Shown one piece after another: positions 1 to 8,734 of a stretch of 64,000 bases of DNA (its first letter is position 1; every line of letters begins with the position of its first letter). The stretch lies in contig CBDEUK010000002.1 in NCBI GenBank assembly GCA_965243205.1, positions 384,001-448,000 of the forward strand, written 5' to 3'. Source of the DNA: Gammaproteobacteria bacterium (GTDB taxonomy: Bacteria; Pseudomonadota; Gammaproteobacteria; Eutrophobiales; Eutrophobiaceae). The position numbers and the translations under genes are program-made. Under the pieces are notes generated by a model. The model was not told where the DNA came from. It searched no databases and was given only the letters and a program-made list of their open reading frames with translations.

Positions 1-237
1 AGATAAATCTTTCCAGCTTGTAGAATATCTAGGCGATAAGTAATTTTGTCTCATCAATCACTTACCGTTAACACCTTCCGAACCAAACACAGCCGTATCT
101 CTACCATAACGTTTATTAATCTTATCAATCATTTTCATTAGTGATTCAGAATTAAAACTCTGACCTGTCTCAAACATATCGCTTTGTAAGAATTGATTAT
201 CAACTATATTAATGATCCCAAAACCACTAAGTCGAGC
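1..237 (-). pseudogene. umuC: C-terminal remnant of Y-family DNA polymerase V subunit UmuC (DUF4113-type tail), runs off the window edge
   Basis: Manual minus-strand translation gives QSDMFE...LMKMIDKINKRYGRDTAVFGSEGVNGK*LMRQNYLSPRYSTSWKDLS, matching the UmuC tail. There is an in-frame TGA at 58-60 where Trp is expected, and the frame is closed upstream by TAA at 238-240. Confidence 0.8.
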
Positions 238-426
238 TTATTTTCTACAAAATCATCCGCAGCCCGACGGGAAATCAGCCGCCAGTTTGGATGCCAGAAT
301 GGGTATTTCTTGTTTTGAGAGTTCGGATTTGGGGAGAAGGAAATTTTCCAGTTTCATAATTCATGATATTTTCATATTCTTAACATAGAATAAAGCACTA
401 TCCATAAAGAAAGGAATTACTTCTAA

Positions 427-1161
427 ATGAACAGGGCAATCTTACTTTTCTTATCCGCGCTACTATTCACACCCCCCCCCATACAAGCTGCTCTAATACA
501 AGGAAAAATATTAGGGACTATTGATGGAAGGTCAAAAACAGAAGGGGATGGTGATAATGTTTTTGGACTAAATGGAGATCAATTGTTAGGGGAACAATTT
601 ATTATTGATTTATATTATCGCACTGATATTGCTCCTATAAGTAGTAGTTCATCATCAATTTTTCAATCACAAACTAAATATAGTTCTGACGATCCTGACC
701 TTGAATGGTTAGGACTCACATTAACCATAAATGAAATTTCATATGAAGTTATTGGTAATAAAAGAAGAGCTGTTGTTTTAGATACGGTTGCAAGTTCAAA
801 TATCAATACTTTAGATAGCATATCATTTTCAATTGAAGCAGATTCTGGGCCTTTTGATGGTTCAAGTAAACGTAGACAGTTTTTGTCTTTAAATGAACGA
901 CTAGACGAAGATACATTTAACAATTCGCTACTACCAACATTCCTCTCCTCTTCAAATATAACAAGAGTTATCAACTCTTCTAATTTTATTATTGATGATA
1001 TTGATAAAAATCCTCAGACAGGAGAATTACTATTCAGACGTTTTGTTCAACTTGAATTAGATGTTCAATCTATTGAATTAGCTGCTGTGCCTTTACCAGC
1101 AAGTATATGGTTTTTTCTTTCAGCATTAATAAGCCTAGTCGCTAAAAAGAGAATTGAATAG
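427..1161 (+). CDS. Secreted protein with VPLPA-CTERM (PEP-CTERM-like) sorting tail
   Basis: N-terminal signal peptide; C-terminus VPLPASIWFFLSALISLVAKKR (motif, TM helix, basic cluster). Confidence 0.85.
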   Translation: MNRAILLFLSALLFTPPPIQAALIQGKILGTIDGRSKTEGDGDNVFGLNGDQLLGEQFIIDLYYRTDIAPISSSSSSIFQSQTKYSSDDPDLEWLGLTLTINEISYEVIGNKRRAVVLDTVASSNINTLDSISFSIEADSGPFDGSSKRRQFLSLNERLDEDTFNNSLLPTFLSSSNITRVINSSNFIIDDIDKNPQTGELLFRRFVQLELDVQSIELAAVPLPASIWFFLSALISLVAKKRIE

Positions 1162-1165
1162 TGGT

Positions 1166-1187
1166 CGGCTGAATGTAAACTTAAGCT
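1166..1187 (+). repeat. Decayed right arm of an attC-like site
   Basis: CGGCTGAATGTAAAC-TTAAGCT resembles the right arm CAGCTGAATTCAAATGTTAGAA at 3011-3032. CTTAAGCT matches 6/8 of GTTAGGCT, the complement of AGCCTAAC at 1981-1988. Confidence 0.4.
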
Positions 1188-1258
1188 TCATTAAAATGAA
1201 ATATACAACATATAATATTAATTTTATCAAGGTATAGCGTTTAAAAGGAATATATGGT

Positions 1259-1987
1259 GTGAATTATAATCTCTTTGCTAGGGCTTTTGCTCTATTCTTA
1301 ACAATTTTTATCTCCACACCAGCTAGTGCAAAGCTGGTTACTCTAGAGCTGACGGGAAATGTAATTAGTGGCGTAGCTCCAGGCGATACTTTTTTTAATA
1401 TTGGATCAAGTATTAAATATACAGTTACTTTTGAAGAAACTTTAGCAACTGACACGTACACAAGCATTCGATCTGACAAAGTAAATTCATATTATTTTCA
1501 TTCAATTAAGTCATTTTCAGGAACTGTAGGGAGCTATGATTTTTCTGGTGACAATGGAAATATATTTATTGGAAATGGCTTGCTTCCAGGCAGAGCCGAT
1601 TCACTTTCCATTAGACATTGGAATTCTGTTTATAATGAAGGTAAAGCTTTAGGGAGCATAATTCGTGATGATTACACATCTACGGATGGTTCTTTAAGCG
1701 GTAAACCACTTTCACGAGTAGAAATTGGAGCCGGTAATCTTGGTGAGCTTTTATACTCTGATTCCGATTTAAACGAGAATAAATTCCTGGCTCAGCAAGC
1801 AAAGAATCCTTTTTCTATGGGCATTACAATGTATTTTCAAGATGGAGTTTTAGATTCATTTTTCGGAAGACAGGTAAACGGTGTATTTACTTCCATGACT
1901 ATTACTACAGTGCCTATACCAACAGCCTTTTGGTTATTTGGTTCATCTCTGTTAGCTCTAGTGACTAACCGAATTAAACGAGCCTAA
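1259..1987 (+). CDS. Secreted protein with VPLPA-CTERM-like tail
   Basis: Signal peptide ending PASA; C-terminus VPIPTAFWLFGSSLLALVTNRIKRA; stop codon lies within GCCTAAC (RYYYAAC). Confidence 0.85.
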   Translation: MNYNLFARAFALFLTIFISTPASAKLVTLELTGNVISGVAPGDTFFNIGSSIKYTVTFEETLATDTYTSIRSDKVNSYYFHSIKSFSGTVGSYDFSGDNGNIFIGNGLLPGRADSLSIRHWNSVYNEGKALGSIIRDDYTSTDGSLSGKPLSRVEIGAGNLGELLYSDSDLNENKFLAQQAKNPFSMGITMYFQDGVLDSFFGRQVNGVFTSMTITTVPIPTAFWLFGSSLLALVTNRIKRA

Positions 1988-2096
1988 CTCTATAAAGCAA
2001 CTATCTCAGGCAACCATTTAAACTTATCTTCAGGTGGTGGAACAGTAGATTTTTAAGCGACTATGTATAAATAAGGTAAAATAATATTTGTTAGGA
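1982..2096 (+). repeat. Degenerate attC-like site
   Basis: GCCTAAC overlaps the upstream stop codon; GTTAGGA at 2090-2096 lies just before the next ATG; interior 2009-2048 matches 3779-3818 at 28/40. Confidence 0.45.
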
Positions 2097-2101
2097 ATAC
2101 T

Positions 2102-2407
2102 ATGGAAATATCATATCTAGACTTACAAAAAAGGTATTCTGAAATATCTAACGATGAACTGCTTTCCATTTATGTTTCTTCTGACTTAACTCCAGAAGCA
2201 TATTCTTTAATAGAAATTGAAATAAAAAAAAGAAATCTTGATAGTTCAGATATTCAATACGCAGTAAAATCTGAAGAATTCATAGCTAATGAAAGAAGAA
2301 AAGATCAAGACTTAATTCGTAGAAAAACACAAATACAATTTATATTATTTTTAATACTAATTTTATTAGTAATAACATACGAAGTTTTAAAATATCTAAT
2401 TTCATAG
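2102..2407 (+). CDS. Small hypothetical protein with C-terminal TM helix (cassette-like gene)
   Basis: 101 aa ORF starting 5 nt after GTTAGGA; hydrophobic C-terminus. Confidence 0.7.
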   Translation: MEISYLDLQKRYSEISNDELLSIYVSSDLTPEAYSLIEIEIKKRNLDSSDIQYAVKSEEFIANERRKDQDLIRRKTQIQFILFLILILLVITYEVLKYLIS

Positions 2408-2533
2408 TTTCGAGTGTACCAATTTAGGAGGAATGGAACTATGATAGATAAGAAAGTCGTGATCCAGATTTGCTCAATACCAAACATTTTTATTAGGGAC
2501 GTAACTTTATGTTTTGTCTAGATTTAAAAAAGA

Positions 2534-2597
2534 ATTACCAACAATCGATTGGAATGTTATACGGACCTCTCGCATCCATCTAATATCTGTTATGAGT
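2534..2597 (+). repeat. Degenerate attC site
   Basis: ATTACCAAC matches 7/9 of the complement of GTTAGGAAT at 2090; imperfect inverted repeat TGGAATG/CATCCA; ends in GTTATGAGT. Confidence 0.55.
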
Positions 2598-3017
2598 AAT
2601 AAACTAAAAACCTCAATATCTTCAATTAGTTTATTTTTAGCCGTTTTAATTTCTACAGTTTTAGGGGCTAGTTTTGTAATTGATAAAATGTGGGAGCATC
2701 ATTAGAAAAGCATACTTGGAGAAAACATAATAAATTCTATTCATTATCAAACCGCAGTTCAGAATGAGCTGACTACTATTGAGTTGCTAGAAAATAATGA
2801 AACAGATGAGTTGTATAAAAAATCATGCGAAACACTAATCATGTTCGCAAAATTTATAAAGCCGGAACTTTATAATGATGCTCCAAAGAAGAAAAAAGAA
2901 ATACAAGAATTAAAAGAAAACGCATTTCAAGCAATCAAGAAATTAAAAACTAAAGGTCATTGCAATGAAATCACTCATAACCAATCATTCCAGCTGACCG
3001 CTAACGCGGCCAGCTGA
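2592..3017 (+). pseudogene. Cassette gene (N-terminal TM helix) interrupted by one in-frame TAG
   Basis: Track ORFs 2514-2705 and 2784-3017 share a frame, with only the TAG at 2703-2705 between them (MSNKLKT...MWEHH*KSILGENIIN...). ATG 2592 sits inside the GTTATG boundary. Confidence 0.75.
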
Positions 3018-3032
3018 ATTCAAATGTTAGAA
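2973..3032 (+). mobile_element. Integron attC recombination site (well formed)
   Basis: R'' ACTCATAAC; L'' ATTCCAGCTG and L' CAGCTGAAT pair with one extra-helical C; CCGC-TAAC-GCGG terminal hairpin; R' GTTAGAA. R'' is the exact 9-nt complement of GTTATGAGT at 2589-2597. Confidence 0.85.
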
Positions 3033-3034
3033 GG

Positions 3035-3598
3035 TTAAGAAAATTTATATTTCCTTCGAAAACTAAGTCCAACCGTAGCAGAACCAAACAAAAAGATACT
3101 AGGAGGTATTGGGATTGTTGATACAGGATTTATCTGGTCAACAATGTTGTATGTAGAATCAACAATTGTCCCACCAGAAGAACCTACTTGCATTCCAAAA
3201 TTATTAATGTCGAAATTTTCTGGATTAAATTTTCCTGGAATATCGAATTTTATATCAATGTGAGCCCCTATGTACCAGTTCCATAAACCTTTGTTTCGAG
3301 TCAGAATAGAATCGCTGTACGGACTTCTTGAGAGAGAATAAACATCAAGTGTGCTATACGAATGCCTAGGCCCTTCTTCCCATACGACAGCTGTATCAAA
3401 AACATAGTCAAACCAATCACTTGTATCATCATCTACTAAACCAAATAACAATTGATAACGAAATTGTGGTGAGAGCGATGTAACAGTCCCTTTAACGTGG
3501 AAAGATAAGCTTGAGGTAGTTAGTTCAAAGTCATCAATAACTACACTAGCATTAGCTGTACTAGTAAAAAAAATAAATAGGAAAAAAAGATTTTTCAT
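3035..3598 (-). CDS. Secreted protein with PEP-CTERM/VPLPA-like tail, inverted relative to the array
   Basis: Signal peptide ending TANA; C-terminus IPIPPSIFLFGSATVGLSFRRK. Confidence 0.8.
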   Translation of the reverse strand: MKNLFFLFIFFTSTANASVVIDDFELTTSSLSFHVKGTVTSLSPQFRYQLLFGLVDDDTSDWFDYVFDTAVVWEEGPRHSYSTLDVYSLSRSPYSDSILTRNKGLWNWYIGAHIDIKFDIPGKFNPENFDINNFGMQVGSSGGTIVDSTYNIVDQINPVSTIPIPPSIFLFGSATVGLSFRRKYKFS

Positions 3599-3734
3599 AT
3601 TTTAAATCCATTTTCTTTTTGAAAGTATTTAAATATATAGATTTTAAAATAATAAGACAATACTAAGTAATTAGAGTCCTTTAATACTGGTTATGCTAAA
3701 TCACGCACAGAGTAAATTTAAAGAGCATATGTGC

Positions 3735-3830
3735 TAATAACAAATTCTCAAACTGACCACTAATAAGATGAGATACATGGCCATCGCTTAAATTTAGTCT
3801 CAGGCGGTGGCATAGTAATTACTGTGAGAG
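3735..3830 (+). repeat. Degenerate attC-like site next to tRNA-Leu
   Basis: TAATAACAAATTCTCAAACTGACCAC ... GTGGCATAGTAATTACTGTGAGAG; imperfect inverted repeat; shares a 40-nt segment with 2009-2048. Confidence 0.4.
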
Positions 3831-3840
3831 AATTATCTAA

Positions 3841-3927
3841 TGGTGCCCGGGGCCGGAGTCGAACCGGCACGGCCGTTAAGCCGAGGGATTTTAAGTCCCT
3901 TGTGTCTACCAGTTCCACCACCCGGGC
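3841..3927 (-). tRNA. leuZ: tRNA-Leu(TAA)
   Basis: GCCCGGGTGGTGGAACTGGTAGAC...GGGACTTAAAATCCC...GTTCGACTCC...CACCA; long variable arm; encoded CCA. Confidence 0.97.
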
Positions 3928-4137
3928 AGGATGCAGTTTCGATCAATCAAACATGGAAATTGAGTTGGGAATGTACTTAAGGAAATAAGCCATCTAGGCC
4001 GTATCTATTTGTTATTCCTAACAACTCTGGAACCGAGGCGGCGCATATTAGCAGATACTCAAAGCTCTGCAAAGCATGTTTTTTCGATTGAAGTAATGTT
4101 ATTTTATCTAGAATCAATTTTAAGGTTTGTGCAAATC

Positions 4138-4638
4138 ATGTTGAATATTCTAAATTTTAATCGGGTGCTATTTTTTGTATTCATAGGACTCTCTCCTAAC
4201 CTATTTGCGGAGTGTTTTTCTGACTATAAGCAACTTTTAAACGCCTTGAATTCTTCTGAGCAGGCCATAACCCCTATTACCAAAGATTTTTTTATCGAAG
4301 AGCAGTTTTTGGATGAATTTGGCAATATTAAAGACAGAAACCGCTTGGATGAAATCCCTGAAAAATATTCTTACGATGGTCGTTTGTACCCAACGATTAG
4401 CCAACAGCAAAGCAATAATATTGAAATGAAAAACCGATTATCGGTAGCAATCGATATTCGCAATGTATCGGAAAAAGTCGGCGATGATTATAGAAGTAAC
4501 TACTGGTTTTGGCAGGAAAAAGGCTGTTGGTATTTAAAGCAGAAAACGGTTCATTTGAAATATGTGGAGCCGGAAAAAACCGAAGAGGAAGGTCAGCCAG
4601 AGAGCGTTGGAGAAGAAGCTAAAACTAAGGAAAGTTAA
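4138..4638 (+). CDS. Hypothetical exported protein
   Basis: Track ORF 4009-4638; signal-peptide-like segment ending NLFA if started at ATG 4138; no family recognised. Confidence 0.6.
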   Translation: MLNILNFNRVLFFVFIGLSPNLFAECFSDYKQLLNALNSSEQAITPITKDFFIEEQFLDEFGNIKDRNRLDEIPEKYSYDGRLYPTISQQQSNNIEMKNRLSVAIDIRNVSEKVGDDYRSNYWFWQEKGCWYLKQKTVHLKYVEPEKTEEEGQPESVGEEAKTKES

Positions 4639-4643
4639 TTTAA

Positions 4644-4717
4644 TGGAGGCTGAGCCCGGAATCGAACCGAGGTCCAAGGCTTTGCAGGCCTCTGCATAAC
4701 CACTCTGCCACTCAGCC
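4644..4717 (-). tRNA. cysT: tRNA-Cys(GCA)
   Basis: GGCTGAGTGGCAGAGTGGTTATGCAGAGGCCTGCAAAGCCTT...GTTCGATTCC...CTCCA, 74 nt. Confidence 0.96.
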
Positions 4718-4737
4718 ATATATTGAGTCTATGAAAT

Positions 4738-4760
4738 AAAAAACCCCGTTAATGGGGTTT
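4738..4760 (-). terminator. Hairpin with T-run downstream of maeB and upstream of tRNA-Cys
   Basis: AAACCCC-N7-GGGGTTT, followed by a T-run on the minus strand. Confidence 0.55.
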
Positions 4761-4854
4761 ATTGCATGTGGTGCAAGGCGCGTAGTGTACATGATTTTTT
4801 TATTGGATTGTAATAGAAAATTGAAATATTTTTTCTATTCTAATGTACTAATTT

Positions 4855-7131
4855 TTATACATTTTTCCCTTCAATTGCATCTGCTGCAGCCAAGGCTGTC
4901 ATATTAATAATGCCCCGAACCGATACGGATGGCGTGATAATGTGAACGGCTTTTTTAGCGCCAAGCAACATTGGGCCGATGTCCACAGCATCGCCTAGTT
5001 CCCTGACAATTCCATGTGCAATATTGGCTGCATCAAGCGAAGGCATAATAAATAAATTGGCTGAACCTTCGAATGCCATATTAGGAAATGTAAATTTGCG
5101 AGTTGCAGAATTAATGGCTAATGAGGATTGCATTTCTCCTTCGACTAATAATTCTGGTTCGATTTCTTTAATTAGATTCAAAGTTTGACGCATACGTTCA
5201 GAAGAGTCGCTATTTGATTTCCCAAAATTGGAATGAGATAACAGAGCAACTTTAGGTGTAATACCAAATCGTTCAGCAGCTTTTGCACTCATGATTGCGG
5301 TTTCTGCAAGATGCTCAGCAGTTGGGTATTGAGTGACCTGGGTGTCGGTAAAAAATATTGGCCCTTTACGATGAAGTAATAGATTAACTGTTGAGTAATC
5401 AGTAATACCATCGATCATACCAATGATATCTCGAATGTTTTCTAAATGATCTTCAAAGTGTCCATAAATCCCGCATATCATGCCGTCGACATATCCATTT
5501 TGTAGCATTAAAGAAGCGAGTATTGTTCTATCGCCTTTGAGAACGGATCGAGCTTCTGATGGTGTGACGCCTTTGCGTTCCATCAATTGATGATACTGCA
5601 AACTGTATTCATCAAATTGTTCAAATTCACTTGGATCGATAATGTCGAAATCTTTGCCAAGTGTTAAACGCATGGCGTGATCTTTCATTTCTTCAAGTAT
5701 GGTTTCTTTGCGACCTAATAAAATAGGATACGCAATATGTTCATCACAAATAATTTGTACAGCTCGATGAATACGCAATGATTCACCTTCAGCAAAAACA
5801 ATGCGTTGTAAGTTATGTTGTGCTAATTCAAACACAGGACGCATAATGGTGTGTGTTTTTATAGCAAACGATTGTAGTTTACTTTTGTAATCGCGAATGG
5901 ATTGTATCGGTCGAGTCGCAACACCTGTTTCCATAGCAGCTATCGCTACTTTTTCTGGGATTACATTTAATAATCGTGGATCAAATGGTTTTGGAATTAA
6001 ATATTCTCTACCAAACTTTAATGATTCGCCAGCATATGCATTTGCAACTGTTTCATCAGTTTCTGCCATAGCTAAATCAGCTATTGCTTCAACACAGGCT
6101 ATCTTCATCGCTTCATTGATCGTTGTAGCGCCAACATCGAGTGCGCCACGAAATAAAAAAGGAAAACATAAAACATTATTTACTTGGTTTGCATAATCCG
6201 AACGTCCAGTCGCCATAATGACATCGGAACGAGCTTCTTTAGCGACTTCAGGCAAGATCTCAGGCGTAGGATTCGCTAAAGCCAGTATTAAAGGATCACT
6301 CGCCATTTGTTTAACGTCTTCAGCTTTTAATACATTCGGTGCGGATAAACCTAAAAACACATCAGCTTCTTTTATGACGTCGCTAAGTTTTCTTGCATCT
6401 GTCTTTTGTGCGTATCGGTTTTTATAAGGGTCCATTTCTTCTACCCTACCCTCATACACTACACCTGCGATATCACATACGGTTACATTATTTTTGTTTA
6501 ACCCCATGCTAACTAATAAATCTAAACATGCTAAAGCTGCTGCACCAGCACCAGAACACACTAACTTAATGTCTTGTATATTTTTATTCGCAAGTCGTAA
6601 TCCATTTTTTACTGCAGCAGCAACACAAATTGCAGTGCCATGTTGATCATCATGGAACACAGGTATGTCGAGCTGTTCTTTTAAAGCCTTTTCAATAATA
6701 AAACACTCAGGTGCTTTGATATCTTCTAAGTTAATACCACCAAACGTAGGTGCTAATGCTTTTACAATCTCGATAAATTTTTCTGGATCACGTTCTTCTA
6801 TCTCTAAATCAAAAACATCAATACCCGAGAAGTTTTTAAATAAAACAGCTTTCCCTTCCATGACTGGTTTAGAAGCAAGAGCACCAATAGAGCCTAAGCC
6901 CAATACGGCAGTGCCATTAGTAATGACCGCAACTAAATTGCTTCTCGCTGTGTAATCAAAAGATGTTAGAGGATCCTCTTTAATCGCTTCGCATGGAGCG
7001 GCAACGCCAGGTGAATATGCCAAGGCTAGGTCATGGCTGGATACCATTTTTTTCGTTGCCGTTATTGCCAGTTTCCCTCGAGGCTCGGCTCGATGATATT
7101 CAAGAGCTTCTTGTTTTAGCTGTTTATCCAT
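4855..7131 (-). CDS. maeB: NADP-dependent malic enzyme with C-terminal phosphotransacetylase-like domain
   Basis: ALAYSPGVA, NGTAVLGLG, INLEDI, FHDDQHGTA, GAGAAA, ATGRSD motifs; PTA-like C-half (RIVFAEGE). Confidence 0.95.
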   Translation of the reverse strand: MDKQLKQEALEYHRAEPRGKLAITATKKMVSSHDLALAYSPGVAAPCEAIKEDPLTSFDYTARSNLVAVITNGTAVLGLGSIGALASKPVMEGKAVLFKNFSGIDVFDLEIEERDPEKFIEIVKALAPTFGGINLEDIKAPECFIIEKALKEQLDIPVFHDDQHGTAICVAAAVKNGLRLANKNIQDIKLVCSGAGAAALACLDLLVSMGLNKNNVTVCDIAGVVYEGRVEEMDPYKNRYAQKTDARKLSDVIKEADVFLGLSAPNVLKAEDVKQMASDPLILALANPTPEILPEVAKEARSDVIMATGRSDYANQVNNVLCFPFLFRGALDVGATTINEAMKIACVEAIADLAMAETDETVANAYAGESLKFGREYLIPKPFDPRLLNVIPEKVAIAAMETGVATRPIQSIRDYKSKLQSFAIKTHTIMRPVFELAQHNLQRIVFAEGESLRIHRAVQIICDEHIAYPILLGRKETILEEMKDHAMRLTLGKDFDIIDPSEFEQFDEYSLQYHQLMERKGVTPSEARSVLKGDRTILASLMLQNGYVDGMICGIYGHFEDHLENIRDIIGMIDGITDYSTVNLLLHRKGPIFFTDTQVTQYPTAEHLAETAIMSAKAAERFGITPKVALLSHSNFGKSNSDSSERMRQTLNLIKEIEPELLVEGEMQSSLAINSATRKFTFPNMAFEGSANLFIMPSLDAANIAHGIVRELGDAVDIGPMLLGAKKAVHIITPSVSVRGIINMTALAAADAIEGKNV

Positions 7132-7335
7132 TATTATCAACTCTTTATGGGATTAATTTTTTGAATGTTAAGAATAATATAGCGGTAATTTAATGGATTA
7201 ATTGAATAGTTTTTGGATATTTAAGATTTAAATGACAGAAATATTGCAGAAAAAAGGCCTGTGAGGCAGTTCACAGACCTTAATTTCAGATTGAGTATAC
7301 TGAAATTATCGTATCTACAAGGAGTCTATAAAAAG

Positions 7336-8664
7336 ATGAACTCCAATATTATGTCGGATCCACTAGCTCGATTCGCAATTCAAAATTTAGTATTTTTACT
7401 ATTGGCCGCCATGACATCCTTATCTGCGGAAGCAGCGCCAATTGATATTACTCGTATAGCGAACAATCTTAATCGGCCAGTTTACCTAACGTCAGCCCCG
7501 GGAGAGTCGGATCGTTTATTTATCGTAGAATCTCATGTCGGCGCTGTCCAAATCTTAAAAAAACAGATTGATGGTAGTTGGCTTAAAAATTCACAAGCTT
7601 TTTTGTTATTAAGCAATAGTGGAATCAGTGTTAGTACCGCTAACGAACAGGGTTTGTTAGGTATGGCATTTCATCCAGATTACCAATCGAATGGTAAGTT
7701 TTATGTGAGTTATACTGCAAATGGTCGATCTCATATTGCTGAATTTCTTGTTTCGTCAAACCCCGATTTAGCAAATGCTTCATCATTTAAACCGATACTT
7801 TCTTTTAATCGCACAGCTTCAAATCATAATGGTGGTTGGATCGGTTTTGGTCCAGATCGTTATCTGTATATTCCAACAGGTGATAGTGGTGGAGGTAATG
7901 ACCCATCAAATTCAGCACAAAATTTACAAGACCTTAGAGGTAAGATATTAAGAATTGATGTAAACGCAGATGATTTTCCAAGTGATTCAACACAAAACTA
8001 TTCCATTCCAAACACGAACCCATTTATTAATGATTCAAGTGTGAACAATGCAATATGGGCCTATGGATTACGCAATCCTTGGCGTAATAGTTTTGATAGG
8101 CAAACAGGTGATTTATACATTGCAGATGTTGGGCAAAATGCTTTAGAAGAAATTAATTTACAATCGGCTCTAAGCACAGGTGGAGAAAATTACGGTTGGG
8201 ATTTTAAAGAAGGTACTTCTATATTAAATACTCCTCCAATTGGTTTTAATCCAATTGATCCTATTCATGAGTACCCTCATAACTTTCAAACAGGCGGAGT
8301 ATCAATTACTGGTGGCTATATTTATCGAACAGATAATGATAATTCTGTTCTACAAGGTAAATATTTATTTGCAGATTTTATAAGCAATAAAGTTTGGGCA
8401 TTATCATTTGCTCAAACTGGCGCAAAAATACTAGAAGAAATAACCAATGATTTAACTCCAGACATCGGAAGTATTAATGGTATATCATCATTTGGAGAAG
8501 ATGCGAATGGTAATATCTATATCGTTGAATTAAGCGGTGAAATTTACTCCATTAATTCAGTGCCAATTATCCAAGAAATATCTGTGCCGTTGCCAGTGGG
8601 GTCATACCTTATTCTTTTCTCTTTAATCGGTGTGATTGGTAGTCGGTTTAATTACAGTTCTTAA
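7336..8664 (+). CDS. PQQ-dependent sugar dehydrogenase (GSDH beta-propeller) family protein with VPLP-type C-terminal anchor
   Basis: EQGLLGMAFHP, NHNGGWIGFGPD, GKILRID, AYGLRNPWR, ADVGQ motifs; signal peptide; tail VPLPVGSYLILFSLIGVIGSR; AGGAG upstream of ATG 7336. Confidence 0.85.
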   Translation: MNSNIMSDPLARFAIQNLVFLLLAAMTSLSAEAAPIDITRIANNLNRPVYLTSAPGESDRLFIVESHVGAVQILKKQIDGSWLKNSQAFLLLSNSGISVSTANEQGLLGMAFHPDYQSNGKFYVSYTANGRSHIAEFLVSSNPDLANASSFKPILSFNRTASNHNGGWIGFGPDRYLYIPTGDSGGGNDPSNSAQNLQDLRGKILRIDVNADDFPSDSTQNYSIPNTNPFINDSSVNNAIWAYGLRNPWRNSFDRQTGDLYIADVGQNALEEINLQSALSTGGENYGWDFKEGTSILNTPPIGFNPIDPIHEYPHNFQTGGVSITGGYIYRTDNDNSVLQGKYLFADFISNKVWALSFAQTGAKILEEITNDLTPDIGSINGISSFGEDANGNIYIVELSGEIYSINSVPIIQEISVPLPVGSYLILFSLIGVIGSRFNYSS

Positions 8665-8734
8665 GTTTTCGCTCTAATATTACTCTAAATCAGTTTATAA
8701 TTAACGGTTTAAACATTATTAAGCCGTTAACTAT

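Noticed and set aside
58-60. TGA at a conserved Trp position suggesting a TGA=Trp genetic code
   Set aside because: Intact genes here end at TGA (e.g. 38071, 20586) and use TGG for Trp, so a nonsense mutation is simpler.
226-350. GC-richer patch where the umuC similarity stops; possible IS end
   Set aside because: I could not identify a transposase, paired inverted repeat or target duplication.
4014-4022. ATTCCTAAC, the exact complement of GTTAGGAAT at 2090
   Set aside because: It lies beyond tRNA-Leu in its leader region with no attC-like arms, so it is likely chance.
4534-4719. 61-aa minus-strand ORF
   Set aside because: It is a translation of tRNA-Cys plus antisense sequence of the neighbouring gene.
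4979-6955. Several antisense ORFs inside maeB, and similar ones in uvrC, pntA, ftsK, comEC, lolC/E, the aquaporin gene and asnS
   Set aside because: These are shadow frames of conserved genes with no recognisable motifs.
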